From Bugula neritina (taxonomy: Eukaryota > Animalia > Bryozoa): a DNA stretch of 64,000 nt. The stretch spans positions 13,205,133-13,269,132 of the forward strand of contig OZ037771.1 in the NCBI GenBank assembly GCA_964035545.1, written 5' to 3'. Below, one piece after another: positions 25,301 through 36,414 of this stretch. The notes beneath the pieces were generated by a model. The model made no database searches, was not told the origin of the DNA, and worked only from the letters and a program-made list of their open reading frames with translations. The translations under genes and the position numbers were made by a program. How positions within the stretch are numbered: position 1 is the first letter of the stretch; the number at the start of each line of letters is the position of its first letter.

Positions 25301-28072
25301 CCAAAAGATCCCGGACTTGTTGGCTGACCTCCTTTTCCTTCTCGGGTCCCAGCCTCCTAGTGGGCTGGCGAATAGGGGTAGTCCCCGCAGCTAGCGGTAT
25401 CTCATGACGGACGGCCGTGGTCAGGCCGACGTCATGGTCCCCGCTGCTGAACACGTCGCTATAATCACGTAGCAACTGAGCCATGGTCTGGCATTCCACG
25501 TTGCCCGTGCAGCCGTCACACGCTGCCTGGTATAGCTCTTTGACGTGTGGTGGGACGGTCCCCCGCCTAACTGACGGGCTCTGTTGGGGACCTTCCGTCG
25601 CAGCTCCCAGCGACGGCCCTATATCCTCCTCCTGGATGGAGTAGAAGCGACCCAGCATGGATCCTGACGGCAATTGTACTGCTTCGGAGAAGGGGTTGAC
25701 ACACTGCACCAAGATCTCTCCTCGGTCAGTCAGCCGGTTAAGACTGCTGGCGAGTTGGATTCTTCTGTGCGCACCTTCGACAACCCCTAACCCCGAGAGT
25801 TGGCTATTGTTCACTCTGCAGTGAACGGTAGCCCGGGAGCGGCTGGGTATAGTACAGTTCCGTACTACCTGCACACCTTCCGCTAGGGGACGACCGAACT
25901 TGTCGACACAGGCGAGCTCCCTGCCGCCCATTAGCATGGCTGACTTGCTAAAGTCAATATGGCACCCGTGTCTCTTCAAGAACGGCATCCCCAGTATAGC
26001 ATCTTCTTCGAGTTGGCTGATGACGAAGGTTTCCTGAATGACCTGGTCGCGGACGCGCCCAGTCAGTTCTATGATACCGTAGAAAGGAATCCGCGACCCG
26101 TCAGCTAGGGTGCCCGGTTCCCCGGTATAGGGAGCTAAGGCTCCCCTCTCCCTAGAGGGGAGGGTGTCGAAGACCCGACGGCTGAGGAGATTAGTGGTAC
26201 ACCCGGAGTCTAACAGAAAGGTGACAGCTTTGCCAGCCACCTTCCCTGGCAAGAAGTAGCTGCCTCCGTGAGGTTGTACCCGTACTCCCCCAGCGTGCTC
26301 GGTCTCGGCCGAACGGGGCTGTGCCCGTTTGTTCCGCAGTTTGCGGGGCCGGTGAGAGTTTCCTTGCGGGGGGGGGTGTTTTGATCCTCCCCGATGCCCT
26401 GAGGGGCCTCGCTGGTCCGCTCCATTACTGGTAGCGGACCGAAGCGGTTGGTGAGAGGCAGAGAGAAGGGGTCTCGTGGTCGACCCGGCTGGCTGGTTCG
26501 GTGGGGTGTTTGCCATTGATGGGGGGCGGGCCGCTGGGCCCGTACGGGCTCCTGGCGACATCCACCCCGTTTTCCTCTCGGTTTGGGTCCGCGGAGCTCT
26601 GGAGGTCTCCGGGGAGGTTGTGGTTTCTGCTGCCGTTGGAATCGTGGGCCGCTTGAGCGGCGGTGTCCCTGGATGCCGCATTCCCAGCGTGGCATAGTGG
26701 GTCTGGGGGGTTTTGTTGCTGGTCTCTTATATCTCCTGGAGTGGTTGTATGTTATGGTCGCCATCAATTGTCCCAGTTTAGTCATCAAGCGGTCCATCTC
26801 CATCTCTAGAGGGGGGTTAGTGGTAGCGGCAGCTATTCGGACCGGGTGGTCTGACTCTCTAGAGGTCCGCGGAGCAGTCTCCTCCGTCTTGTAGAGCTGC
26901 TCGGCCTCAGCGTAGGCCTTGTTTTCTTGAATTGCGGCCTCTATCGTGGTTACCCCCTTGGCTTGTAACTGGTGGTGGAAGCCCAAAGTGTTGAGGGACT
27001 GTACAAAATCTTCGAATGTATAGCGCCGTCTGTGCGTTTCTGGCAGATCGCTATACGCGGTCCGTGCCAGTCTCTGCACCAGAGTGGCGTGATCAGGAAG
27101 CGGTGTACATGTCTTGCGGAGCAGTCCCTGCAGCTTGGACTTGGCGACGGCAACGGGTATGCCAAAACGGGCCCGTAGTGTAGCAATGATCCCGTTTACG
27201 CTAGACTTCCACCCGTACGGCTTGGCTTCTTCCGTCAGTGCCATTCGCAGTTTCGCAAGAGTTACTCTTGGCGGCCATCTTGTAATGGCTGCAACTTCAC
27301 GAAACTCTTGAATGAACTGTTCAACATCTTCAAGGCCCGTGAATACGGGAACCTCTAATGTATTCCTATGTGCCTCCTCTCCAGCTCTGAGAGGGCCTAT
27401 GATAATGTTTCGCTCACCTTCTTCCATTGAAGTTACTCTTTCGTCCATGATGTTCTAATACTTTCCCATTGTCTTTATATAGTAGCTAGTAATCCCACCG
27501 CTGCCACCACTGTAGTAATTTGTGCAATTACTGTGCGTGGGTTCCTAGCTTTGTAATTATAGTCTATTTATCCACATCAACAAAGTATTTAAGTGAGATT
27601 CACGAGGTTTATTTATTGCTAAGTATATAGAAAGATATAAAAAGTACGCAGACTTGAAACACTACATCTTTACTCGCTTAGTACGCTCTCTCTACTACTA
27701 CTACTACTACACGCTGAGGGTTATCACATGACGCAGTCTGATTGGCTAAAGGGGCTTGGGGGACGCGCGTATTACGTACTCACTACAATATTACAGATTG
27801 TAGAGATGAGATTTCTAGCTGAGGGCAGTGTGTTCTCTTAAATGTTATATGATTGACTTTTGATATATGATTTGAATAAGTTATTATAGGCATACTCAAA
27901 CTACAGTTTAACACCTGCCTGCCTTACTTGTTAACACTTGTCATGAGATAAACATTCACTGTCACTGTTATCAACTAATATTCTAGATTCTTCCAGCAGT
28001 CACGACCCTTCTCGGCCAACTGGACAGTACTACATGCCCACAAGTGCTGAGGATATTGCTCCGATTGGCTAA
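19319..28072 (+). CDS. Possible uncharacterised spliced gene (candidate exons ~19319-19479, ~19792-19911, ~19949-20007, ~20119-20148, ~27997-28072) with the LTR element in an intron
   Basis: Several AG/GT-bounded open segments on both sides of the LTR element. The model is not fully resolved. Confidence 0.3.
20189..20470 (-). repeat. 3' LTR (282 bp)
   Basis: TGTAGT...ACTACA; by eye identical to the 5' LTR except for one extra CT and one extra CTA microsatellite unit. Confidence 0.97.
20471..20481 (-). promoter_or_regulatory. Polypurine tract
   Basis: GGGGGGGGCGG on the minus strand immediately before the 3' LTR. Confidence 0.75.
20838..21926 (-). CDS. Retrotransposon ORF3: 362-aa C2H2 zinc-finger, Arg/Pro-rich, C-terminal coiled-coil protein (not Env)
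   Basis: [21 protein letters not shown] is a canonical C-x2-C-x3-F-x5-L-x2-H-x3-H finger; a variant finger CPC-x12-H follows. No signal peptide or TM segment is visible. Confidence 0.8.
   Translation of the reverse strand: METSLPSVSSDLIALIESQLLGTESYVKGDENITMADDLLDLELDTMSLCQSTRHDSVPRVLSKKMYDSQTSNSRLSSELWCKDHTRSNSNSALLDTALSPLPGDMPSLEMAWNEEPVPTTLPEALLHQPCWVTPDTEALIREHKGDDKCTTCRLCQLHFTTPRRLRVHIPQHYFTTFCPCGEYSYHRDYILRHQRTMGCHVGHLFEVDEPSFPQFLDLIRPFISDPARYERLRQEFPTPRTITQGPCPKPPGYRRPHVPRPSPPARTVPRPDSIPRVVLRRIEVPQRWRPSPPVSPRPSRKRRWPSSSPNRHSAPARNLGEAEERIRELKKEVQRLTPRISAAASELRALSASVARMKGSA
21992..24590 (-). CDS. pol: pol C-terminal part: RNase H and integrase (HHCC, DDE, GPY/F), with the Pro-rich tail in a shifted frame after ~22660
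   Basis: [53 protein letters not shown] and KFVGPY. The tail contains [12 protein letters not shown]. Confidence 0.92.
24591..26376 (-). CDS. pol: pol N-terminal part: aspartic protease and reverse transcriptase
   Basis: [53 protein letters not shown] and YLDD. Confidence 0.95.
26210..27448 (-). CDS. gag: Gag-like ORF
   Basis: First ORF after the PBS. Capsid-like [16 protein letters not shown]...LRARFG, degenerate knuckle [15 protein letters not shown] and an LTNRFGPL motif. Confidence 0.8.
   Translation of the reverse strand: MDERVTSMEEGERNIIIGPLRAGEEAHRNTLEVPVFTGLEDVEQFIQEFREVAAITRWPPRVTLAKLRMALTEEAKPYGWKSSVNGIIATLRARFGIPVAVAKSKLQGLLRKTCTPLPDHATLVQRLARTAYSDLPETHRRRYTFEDFVQSLNTLGFHHQLQAKGVTTIEAAIQENKAYAEAEQLYKTEETAPRTSRESDHPVRIAAATTNPPLEMEMDRLMTKLGQLMATITYNHSRRYKRPATKPPRPTMPRWECGIQGHRRSSGPRFQRQQKPQPPRRPPELRGPKPRGKRGGCRQEPVRAQRPAPHQWQTPHRTSQPGRPRDPFSLPLTNRFGPLPVMERTSEAPQGIGEDQNTPPRKETLTGPANCGTNGHSPVRPRPSTLGEYGYNLTEAATSCQGRWLAKLSPFC
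27491..27509 (-). promoter_or_regulatory. Primer-binding site complementary to the tRNA-Leu 3' end
   Basis: Minus strand TGGTGGCAGCGGTGGGATT, 1 nt from the 5' LTR; complementary to ...AATCCCACCGCTGCCA-CCA of animal tRNA-Leu(AAG-type). Confidence 0.88.
27511..27787 (-). repeat. 5' LTR (277 bp)
   Basis: Direct repeat of 20189-20470; has CCAAT and AATAAA on the minus strand. Confidence 0.97.
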
Positions 28073-28169
28073 TGCAAAACTGAGTTACACAATATAACTA
28101 TCTTAACATCTTGCTTACTTCCAGGTTGTTGATATGTAATTGCTCTAATACATGTTGTAATTACTTGTC

Positions 28170-28311
<142 letters not shown>

Positions 28312-28783
28312 ATTATCTCTATTTGTTAGATAGCCCAATATGCCAAATAGATGCCTTCTTGTTGGAACAATTTTGATAAAAGCATTTCTTATTTCATGCA
28401 TGCTTTTTATTGTTTATTTTATTGTAATAAATAAAAAATGCTTTTGGTCACAAACAGTAAACACTATAAATGTCTTGTACTAAACAACATTTCAACTACA
28501 AAAATATATTGCAATAAAAATTGTTCATTGACAAAATTAAAGTTATTTTGCTCGATAAAACCAGCACAATGTTGTTTTCCTGCTCTAAACAAACTACATA
28601 AATAACATGTTATAACAACTTTTTGAAGTTTGCAACTGTGTAGGCCTATGTTGATAATTCCGGACAAATGAATGTTTCAATAAAGCTGTCCTGGTATTGT
28701 TTATATACACTATGTCAGCGAATTGCACCGCAACATCAGTTGAATATGTATATATATCTTATTAAAAGCTATCTATCACAAAG

Positions 28784-31700
28784 TTAGACATCATTGCTGG
28801 AACCAGGAGTTGCCAATGCCTGAAGTGTAGCTGCAAACCTTTCAAAGCTACGAATTTGAGTTCGGTTCCTGATGAGCAGGTACAGCAACCCCACCAGCAT
28901 CTGCAAACGGCACAAACTAAGACATCATTAATTTCTAGCAGTTGTTACAAAAGTTGTGATGTCAGAACAAAATACTGTCGCAAAGTTAATTACTCAACTG
29001 TGACTACTATACTTAGGTTGAGTAGTTAATAGTGAGCAGTATAAAATATACTGCTCACTATTGCTTAGTAATGATTGATATAGAGAAAGTTTAGTAAAGA
29101 AAGGGAGAACTTTTATTAGCCTAAGTTCTTTAATTTTCTTAATAAATTTTGTTGCGACACGAGTTGAAATTCTCACGAGAACCTACATACAGATGAATAC
29201 ATAGGGCTTTATAATTAACTCTTTGATAGAAAGTGGTCAAGACCTCTGAAGCTACTTACACAACCTAATGATCTTAAACTAAGGGGTCTAAAACTAAAAC
29301 AAACTCTAGTCTAGAGTCTAAAGTGAAGCCCCTGCTAAGAGAATGTGGTGGAAGACAACTTATGATTTTAGAATAATTTGCACATTTTCAAAGCTGCTTA
29401 AAAGACGGTATTTAACTTACAAGGACTAAGGGGCAGCCATGGTTTAGAGGTTAGAGCGTTTGCTTAGTAAACATAAATTTATGGGTTTGAACCCCAAAAA
29501 ATGTCATTGGTGATGTTAGGAAGAGCATCCAGTCATAATTATTGCTCCTGCGCCTTATCTGAATAAGTCCCTAGCCCGATTTAACAAAAAGCCCTTTTCA
29601 TCAGGGGTTTTCTCAGGAATAATGATTAGAAACTTGCGTGCGTTTTTTATCTAACATACAAGGGCTGTGATAGCTCCAAGGGTCAAGGTTAAAACGAAGA
29701 CCAGCACACAGGGTTCAACACTTTTAATTATGAGTTTTTCTTCTTCATGGTCGATGGATTCATTTGATGCTGCGGCAATACATCTCCCGTTTTCACACAT
29801 TTTGCCGTCTGCACACTTTGCGCCATTGGGCACACGGCCAGGATTATAGTCTGTGTCACCTGTGAGATGATGGAAAGCAGTTCATTATCAACATCAATCA
29901 AGTGGTTTGTCCAAAATAATTGTGTCAATCAGATGTTGGAATTAAACAAAAGTATAAGCATGCTACAACAACAAACATGCACACACACACGCACACACGC
30001 ACGCGCACACACACACACACACACACCTATATGGTGTTTTGAATTCTGTTACCAACACAGTGCTATTCTCTTTATTGTAGTAAACGAAAAATATACTTTA
30101 TATCAATTTGAGCTGATAATTTAGATAAAATTATGGCAACTAGTAAATAATCTCGCAAAGCTTACGTTTGAATTATATACTTGCACTCTGAATACATACT
30201 TGCACTCTGAATACATACTTACACTCTGAATATATTATACTTACCCACTGAATATATAATTACACACTGAATATATACTTACACACTGAATATATACTCA
30301 CACACTGAATATATACTTACACCCTGAATATATACTTACACCCTGAATATATACTTACACCCTGAATATATACTTACCCACTGAATATATACCTACACCC
30401 TGAATATGTACTTACACCCTGAATATATACTTACCCACTGAGTACATGCTTACACCCTGAATACATACACTCTGAATATATACTTACCCTCTGAATATAT
30501 ACTTACACCCTGAATATATACTTACACCCTGAATATATACTTGCACTCTGAATATATACTTACACTCTGAATATATTATACTTACCCACTAAATATATAA
30601 TTACACTCTGAGTATATACTTACACCCTGAATATATACTTACACCCTGAATATATACTTACACCCTGAATATATACTTACACCCTGAATATATACTTACA
30701 CCCTGAATATATACTTGCACCTTGAATATATACTTACCCACTGAATATATAATTACACACTGAATACATACACTCTGAATAGATCATTACACCCTGAATA
30801 TATACTTACCCACTGAATATATACTTGCACCTTGAATATATACTTACACTCTGAATATATACTTACACCCTGAATATATACTTACACCCTGAATATATAC
30901 TTGCACCCTGAATATATACTTACACCCTGAATATATACTTGCACCTTGAATATATACTTACCCACTGAATATATAATTACACACTGAATATATACTTACA
31001 CCCTGAATATATACACTCTGAATATATAATTACACACTGAATATATACTTACACCCTGAATATATACACTCTGAATATATACTTACACCCTGAATATATA
31101 CACTCTGAATATATACTTGCACCTTGAATATATACTTACCCACTGAATATATACTTGCACCTTGAATATATACTTACACTCTGAATATATACTTACACCC
31201 TGAATATATACTTACACCCTGAATATATACTTACCCACTGAATATATACTTACACCCTGAATATATACTTGCACCTTGAATATATACTTACCCACTGAAT
31301 ATATAATTACACACTGAATACATACACTCTGAATAGATCATTACACCCTGAATATATACTTACCCACTGAATATATACTTGCACCTTGAATATATACTTA
31401 CACTCTGAATATATACTTACACCCTGAATATATACTTACACCCTGAATATATACTTGCACCCTGAATATATACTTACACCCTGAATATATACTTGCACCT
31501 TGAATATATACTTACCCACTGAATATATAATTACACACTGAATATATACTTACACCCTGAATATATACACTCTGAATATATAATTACACACTGAATATAT
31601 ACTTACACCCTGAATATATACACTCTGAATATATACTTACACCCTGAATATATACACTCTGAATATATACTTGCACCTTGAATATATACTTACCCACTGA

Positions 31701-34700
31701 ATATATACTTGCACCTTGAATATATACTTACACTCTGAATATATACTTACACCCTGAATATATACTTACACCCTGAATATATACTTGCACCCTGAATATA
31801 TACTTACACCCTGAATATATACTTACACCCTGAATATATACACTCTGAATATATAATTACACACTGAATATATACTTACACCCTGAATATATACACTCTG
31901 AATATATACTTACACCCTGAATATATACACTCTGAATATATACTTACACTCTGAATATATACTTGCACCTTGAATATATACTCACCCACTGAATATATAC
32001 TTGCACCTTGAATATATACTTACACCCTGAATATATACTTGCACCTTGAATATATACTTACCCACTGAATATATAATTACACACTGAATATATACTTACA
32101 CCCTGAATATATAATTACACACTGAATAAATACTTACACCCTGAATACATACACTCTGAATAGATCATTACACCCTGAATATATACTTACACCCTGAATA
32201 TATACTTACACCCTGAATATATGCTTACCCACTGAGTATATAGCTTGAGTGCATCTTTTTCCGTACACATTTTTATTTGCTATTTCCGAAAGCAGAGCCT
32301 TAACTCTCGGGCTAGCAATAGCCTGAGCTCTGGCACGGCATTGCAGAATCCCACAGAGAGCGTCTTGCTCAGTCCTGCAACTGATGTAGCTACGCAGGCC
32401 ACCGTGTGAGAAGAAAGGGTTTGCAATTGTATCTGATCCACAATTACCATAAGACTCACCTGTAATGTAAATGAGGGAATAACACTGAAGCTGCCATATA
32501 CATGTTACCATGGTAACGCGTGGTAATCACTATAGACGCATAGTTAGTTTGTTGAGAGTTTTATGTGTGTGAGGTCATATATAGCTAGGCATCTTTTCAG
32601 CTGAGTTATTTTGTAAACTAATAAAAGTATTTATCAACATCATGAATAGAAAAATAAGTTCAATATGCTATAAAAAAGCATTGTTGTAGCTTAAAATCAG
32701 CACTTAAAGTCTAATAATACGCTAACTTTTACCTTTACAACAAAATTCTACCTGAATAATTAATGGTGCTAAAACTGTTTGCATTAATAGGTTGGTAGCT
32801 CGCGGCTGCTTCAGCGTAAACCCCCTCCCCCCCTCTCAAAGTTTTAAAACTCAGGCTATGTAATAATGCTATTACCATGTATAAGAAAAAAAATTTGAGT
32901 AGCCAAAGATGATTAAGACATCAGTCATAGTTTATACACAAACCTACAGCATTGTTGACAAGGTAACATATTTCATCAGCGTTTTCAGTATCTTCACCGT
33001 CACCGTACAGTACGTGACACTGGGATAGGTGGGAGTTGCACTTGCCATCATAGCAATACGCTTCACCATTGTTATAACAAGGCATACCATTGAGCACATG
33101 TCTGTCCTCGGGGCACCTGTTAGACATGCCGTCGCAGACGTCATCTATGTCACAGTGGATGTTGTTGACAGGTCGACAGACTGAGCCTTTCGACTTGAAG
33201 GCGCAGGTGTTCAGATTGCAACAAGATCCTGCACATTGCCAAATGATATGAAGAGAGATTATGACAACTTTATTACATTATATAGTGTTTGTTAGTTGCA
33301 GTAAGATACCATTTATTATAACAGGTAGTTTCTATATATAGTTTCTAATGGAACTGCCCAACTTCGGGCACGGGTTATTAAATTCCCCCCCCCCGACTTT
33401 CTAACAACTATTAATAGAATTATACAGGAAGCTATTGTTTTCTTACCTCTTGCACAAGTCGCATTGCTGTATAATTTGCAGGTCTTTGGGTTGCAGCATT
33501 TGCTTGTACATAAAGGAGAAGGACCACAATCACACTCTTCACCTGCAGGGAACAGTATTACATTGTGTACTGCAATGAACAGCATTACATTGTGTACTGC
33601 AGCAGCATTACATTGTGTACTGCAGTGAACAGCATTACATTGTGTACTGCAGTGAACAGCATTACATTGTGTACTGCAGCAGCATTACATTGTGTACTGC
33701 AGCAGCATTACATTGTGTACTGCAGTGAACAGCATTACATTGTGTACTGCAGTGAACAGCATTACATTGTGTACTGCAGTGAACAGCATTACATTGTGTA
33801 CTGCAGCAGTATTTGTTATATGATTGCGTGTGCTACAGCATTGTTACATGTTATATGATTTACGCTTTATGTGTATACACATGTCTACTTGTGAGTGTGT
33901 GAGTTTGTGTGTGAAGATTAGAATAAGCCACATCCAGACTGCTCTATTGCTCTATTTTTTCAAAATTCTGATATATTTTGTTTAAATTTTATTTAGCTAT
34001 CAAATATTATTCTAATTAGATATTATAAGGAAATCCTTGCATTTACTTGACTCTCAGTTGATTAAGACAACCCAACATAAGAGATTAAGACAACTCAACA
34101 TAAGAGATTTTGATATGACAAATTACCATATTTACCAACAAGGGAAAGCTTTAAACTAGCTTGCAAAGATAAACCAGATTACCTTCATTAACCATGTAAT
34201 TCCCACACAGAGACCCATTCTTATACTTGAATAGCGAAGACGGCTTATTGGAGAGACACGAGCCAAGTCTGCTCAATTCTAAGGCTGCAATGATGTCATT
34301 CCTAGAGCATTCAGACCACGCCCACGACAGCTGACCTTCTCCTACAGATAACTAGACATTCCCAATCACTACAATTGGTCACGCTTCAGTGCCCTTATAT
34401 CACTACATCCCCATGCTTCGAATTTACTGCGTTCCCGTTATGAACCATATGAGTATATTTGTGGTTGCAGTATGAACTAACTCAACTGGTTGTGCTTTTC
34501 TATTGACCTGTTCCCAAACATCAAAAGAAAAATCCATTCGCATAATTCGAAGTGATGGAAACATAATGATGATGTGAATAGATTTCTGCATTTAGGAGCA
34601 GTAGGGGAGAAATTTAGATAACCTCAGTGTTTAATGTTTTTATTACATTTTTGGTTTGGGGCACGGGTTAAAATTCTCACGAGAACATAACTTCTTATGC

Positions 34701-36414
34701 TACATTTCTAATCTAGAACACATGCTTTTCTCAATTTCTCCACTACTGCACTTATATCGCGATGCGTGGTAACCGTGTTAATAAAATTAAACTACAGCCA
34801 CTAGTTAATGAAAACTGCATTTTCGAATCCATTTGTTGAAGTTTCTTGTACAGATCTATTCAGATTATGGGAATATAGTGTATATAAGTTGCCATAGTGG
34901 TAATAGCAGTGTGAGGTTCAAGATTTTCACTAATAGTAGTAAACATCAACACTATGCATAAATTCCTGTTACAAGGAATTGAAAATATACAGCAGGTAAG
35001 GAAATTAATGATGCATAATTCTAAAATTTAAAAATGGATGAATGAAACATAGATATTAGTCATTCAATTTCACATAAAATTACTCAAAAAATAAAATCTG
35101 CACCTAAAAAATCACATAAGATAAAACATTGGTTCATTTTGTATGTAAAACTATCATCTCAACAAGCACATAAAAGCTTTTAATTCAAGTTTAGCAAACT
35201 TACTTACTTAACTTTGGAGACATAAGACAGCCTGTGGCACTTGAGTAACAACTTGAGCTGCAAGATCTATTGATATTTTCACTAGTGTGAGAGACCCCTA
35301 GTGTGTGGGCTATCTCATGAGCCAATACACCAGCCGATACGAGAATGGATTTTACCGAGTCAACTATTAATATACCTGCTGAGCTCAAGGAACAAGCACC
35401 GTTCAATGAAGCTATCCCGGCTACGTTGTCACTCAGTGTTCGGTTCGTGACGAGTACTGACAAATCGCTGTTTCCAATATGGCCTTTACCAATACGGTAA
35501 TAGTTGAATTGAGTGGCTATTGCGTCGGAATTATATATGTCTTCAGTCTTTGATATCTTTGGGAAACGAATTGCATCTCGAAAGTTCCACACTTCGACCC
35601 CTCGTAGAGCAAGGTACACGTTGAACTCTCTGTAGTAGCGAGCAGCGTAGTGCGTCAGTTGTAACACTCTGTCAACACAATTGGGAATTGATCTATTTAG
35701 TCTCTCAAACATGCTAGTATCAAAGACAATATACATCTCAATGTATCTTTCTGGACGAGCAAAGTTCTCTTCAGATTGCCGCTCTTTCCTGCTTGTGTAA
35801 GGAAAGTTCGGCTGAACTGGTTTTTTTGCTCCACAGTTCATTTTCTCAGCGTAGTCCTTATTTTCATCAAAACTATGAGTTTGACTCAATGTGAATATGA
35901 CGAGTGAGTTTGAGACATCTGTGTTTATAGACATGACTTGTTTGTCAGTCTCTAATGTTCCACTTATACCATTGCAAAGGTTTAAAGTTACTAAAGAAGA
36001 TGTATGGTTGGTGATTTTCCCATTGAGGTAGCAATGTTCAAGCTCATAGCCTATGTTGCTGTCCTCTTCTATAGAATGGTCCGTGTTGTTAGAATACATT
36101 ACCACAAATTCGTCCGCCAGAATCGTATAAGATTTTGTCAACTGCAATTTGATTGGATGCAATTCAGAAGAATATATGAGCAATTCTACGTTCTCATTGG
36201 CTAACTTGACAATTTTTGTCAAATTGTCTAAGTCTTGCTGATTGGTTAAAATCTTGCTGTAGTCATGTGACTGAAAAGTTATGTGTATTTCTATGTTTAT
36301 CAAATGATCCTTCTTTAACTCACCAAGCCTTAACCGGCCCTTCTCGTATGTATTGCAGTACGTCAGCACAGCTGTATAGAACATATACCAGTAGAAGGTC
36401 AGCCGCCTGCGCAT
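28784..36414 (-). CDS. ADAM-family (M12B) metalloprotease-disintegrin; exons 35208-36414, 34183-34341, 33447-33542, 32944-33228, 32229-32459, 29660-29859, 28784-28900
   Basis: Signal peptide, prodomain (HCYLNG, LNLCNG, MNCG), furin site RKER, HEIAHTLGVSH zinc motif, CLM Met-turn, CGN..GEECDCG disintegrin, Cys-rich domain (CYDGKC, ALCGILQC, VPNGAKC), TM segment and short tail. Confidence 0.92.
29028..29062. other. Perfect 16-bp hairpin with 3-nt loop
   Basis: AATAGTGAGCAGTATA-aaa-TATACTGCTCACTATT. Confidence 0.85.
29430..29642 (+). mobile_element. tRNA-derived SINE copy 6, in the last ADAM intron
   Basis: Family match. Confidence 0.85.
30170..32228 (-). repeat. ~2-kb minisatellite with ~19-bp unit (minus strand TATATATTCAG(GGT/TGG)GTAAG)
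   Basis: About 100 units contiguous with the donor of ADAM exon 32229-32459. Confidence 0.95.
33545..33810 (-). repeat. 27/21-bp minisatellite (minus strand TACACAATGTAATGCTGTTCACTGCAG)
   Basis: About 10 units contiguous with the acceptor at 33543-33544. Confidence 0.92.
34595..34752. mobile_element. MITE family B copy (~160 bp)
   Basis: GGAGCAGTAGGGGAGAAATT...TTTCTCAATTTCTCCACTACTGCAC. Homologues at 40539, 41746 and degenerate copies at ~8530-8665, ~29100-29185 and ~44030-44165. Confidence 0.75.

Larger units (their letters stand above)
20189..27787 (-). mobile_element. Full-length Ty3/Gypsy LTR retrotransposon (gag, PR-RT-RH-IN, extra ORF3)
   Basis: TG..CA LTRs, 4-bp TSD ATAT (20185-20188, 27788-27791), PBS, PPT and domain order PR-RT-RH-IN. 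Confidence 0.97.

Noticed and set aside
20741-27311. Antisense and alternative-frame ORFs within the retrotransposon
   Set aside because: They are shadow ORFs of GC-rich coding sequence with no recognisable motifs.
29651-29833. ADAM ending at 29651 as a GPI-anchored or tail-less protein
   Set aside because: A phase-0 donor (CTT|GTATGT at 29660) joins a downstream exon at 28784-28900 that completes the TM segment and adds a cytoplasmic tail.
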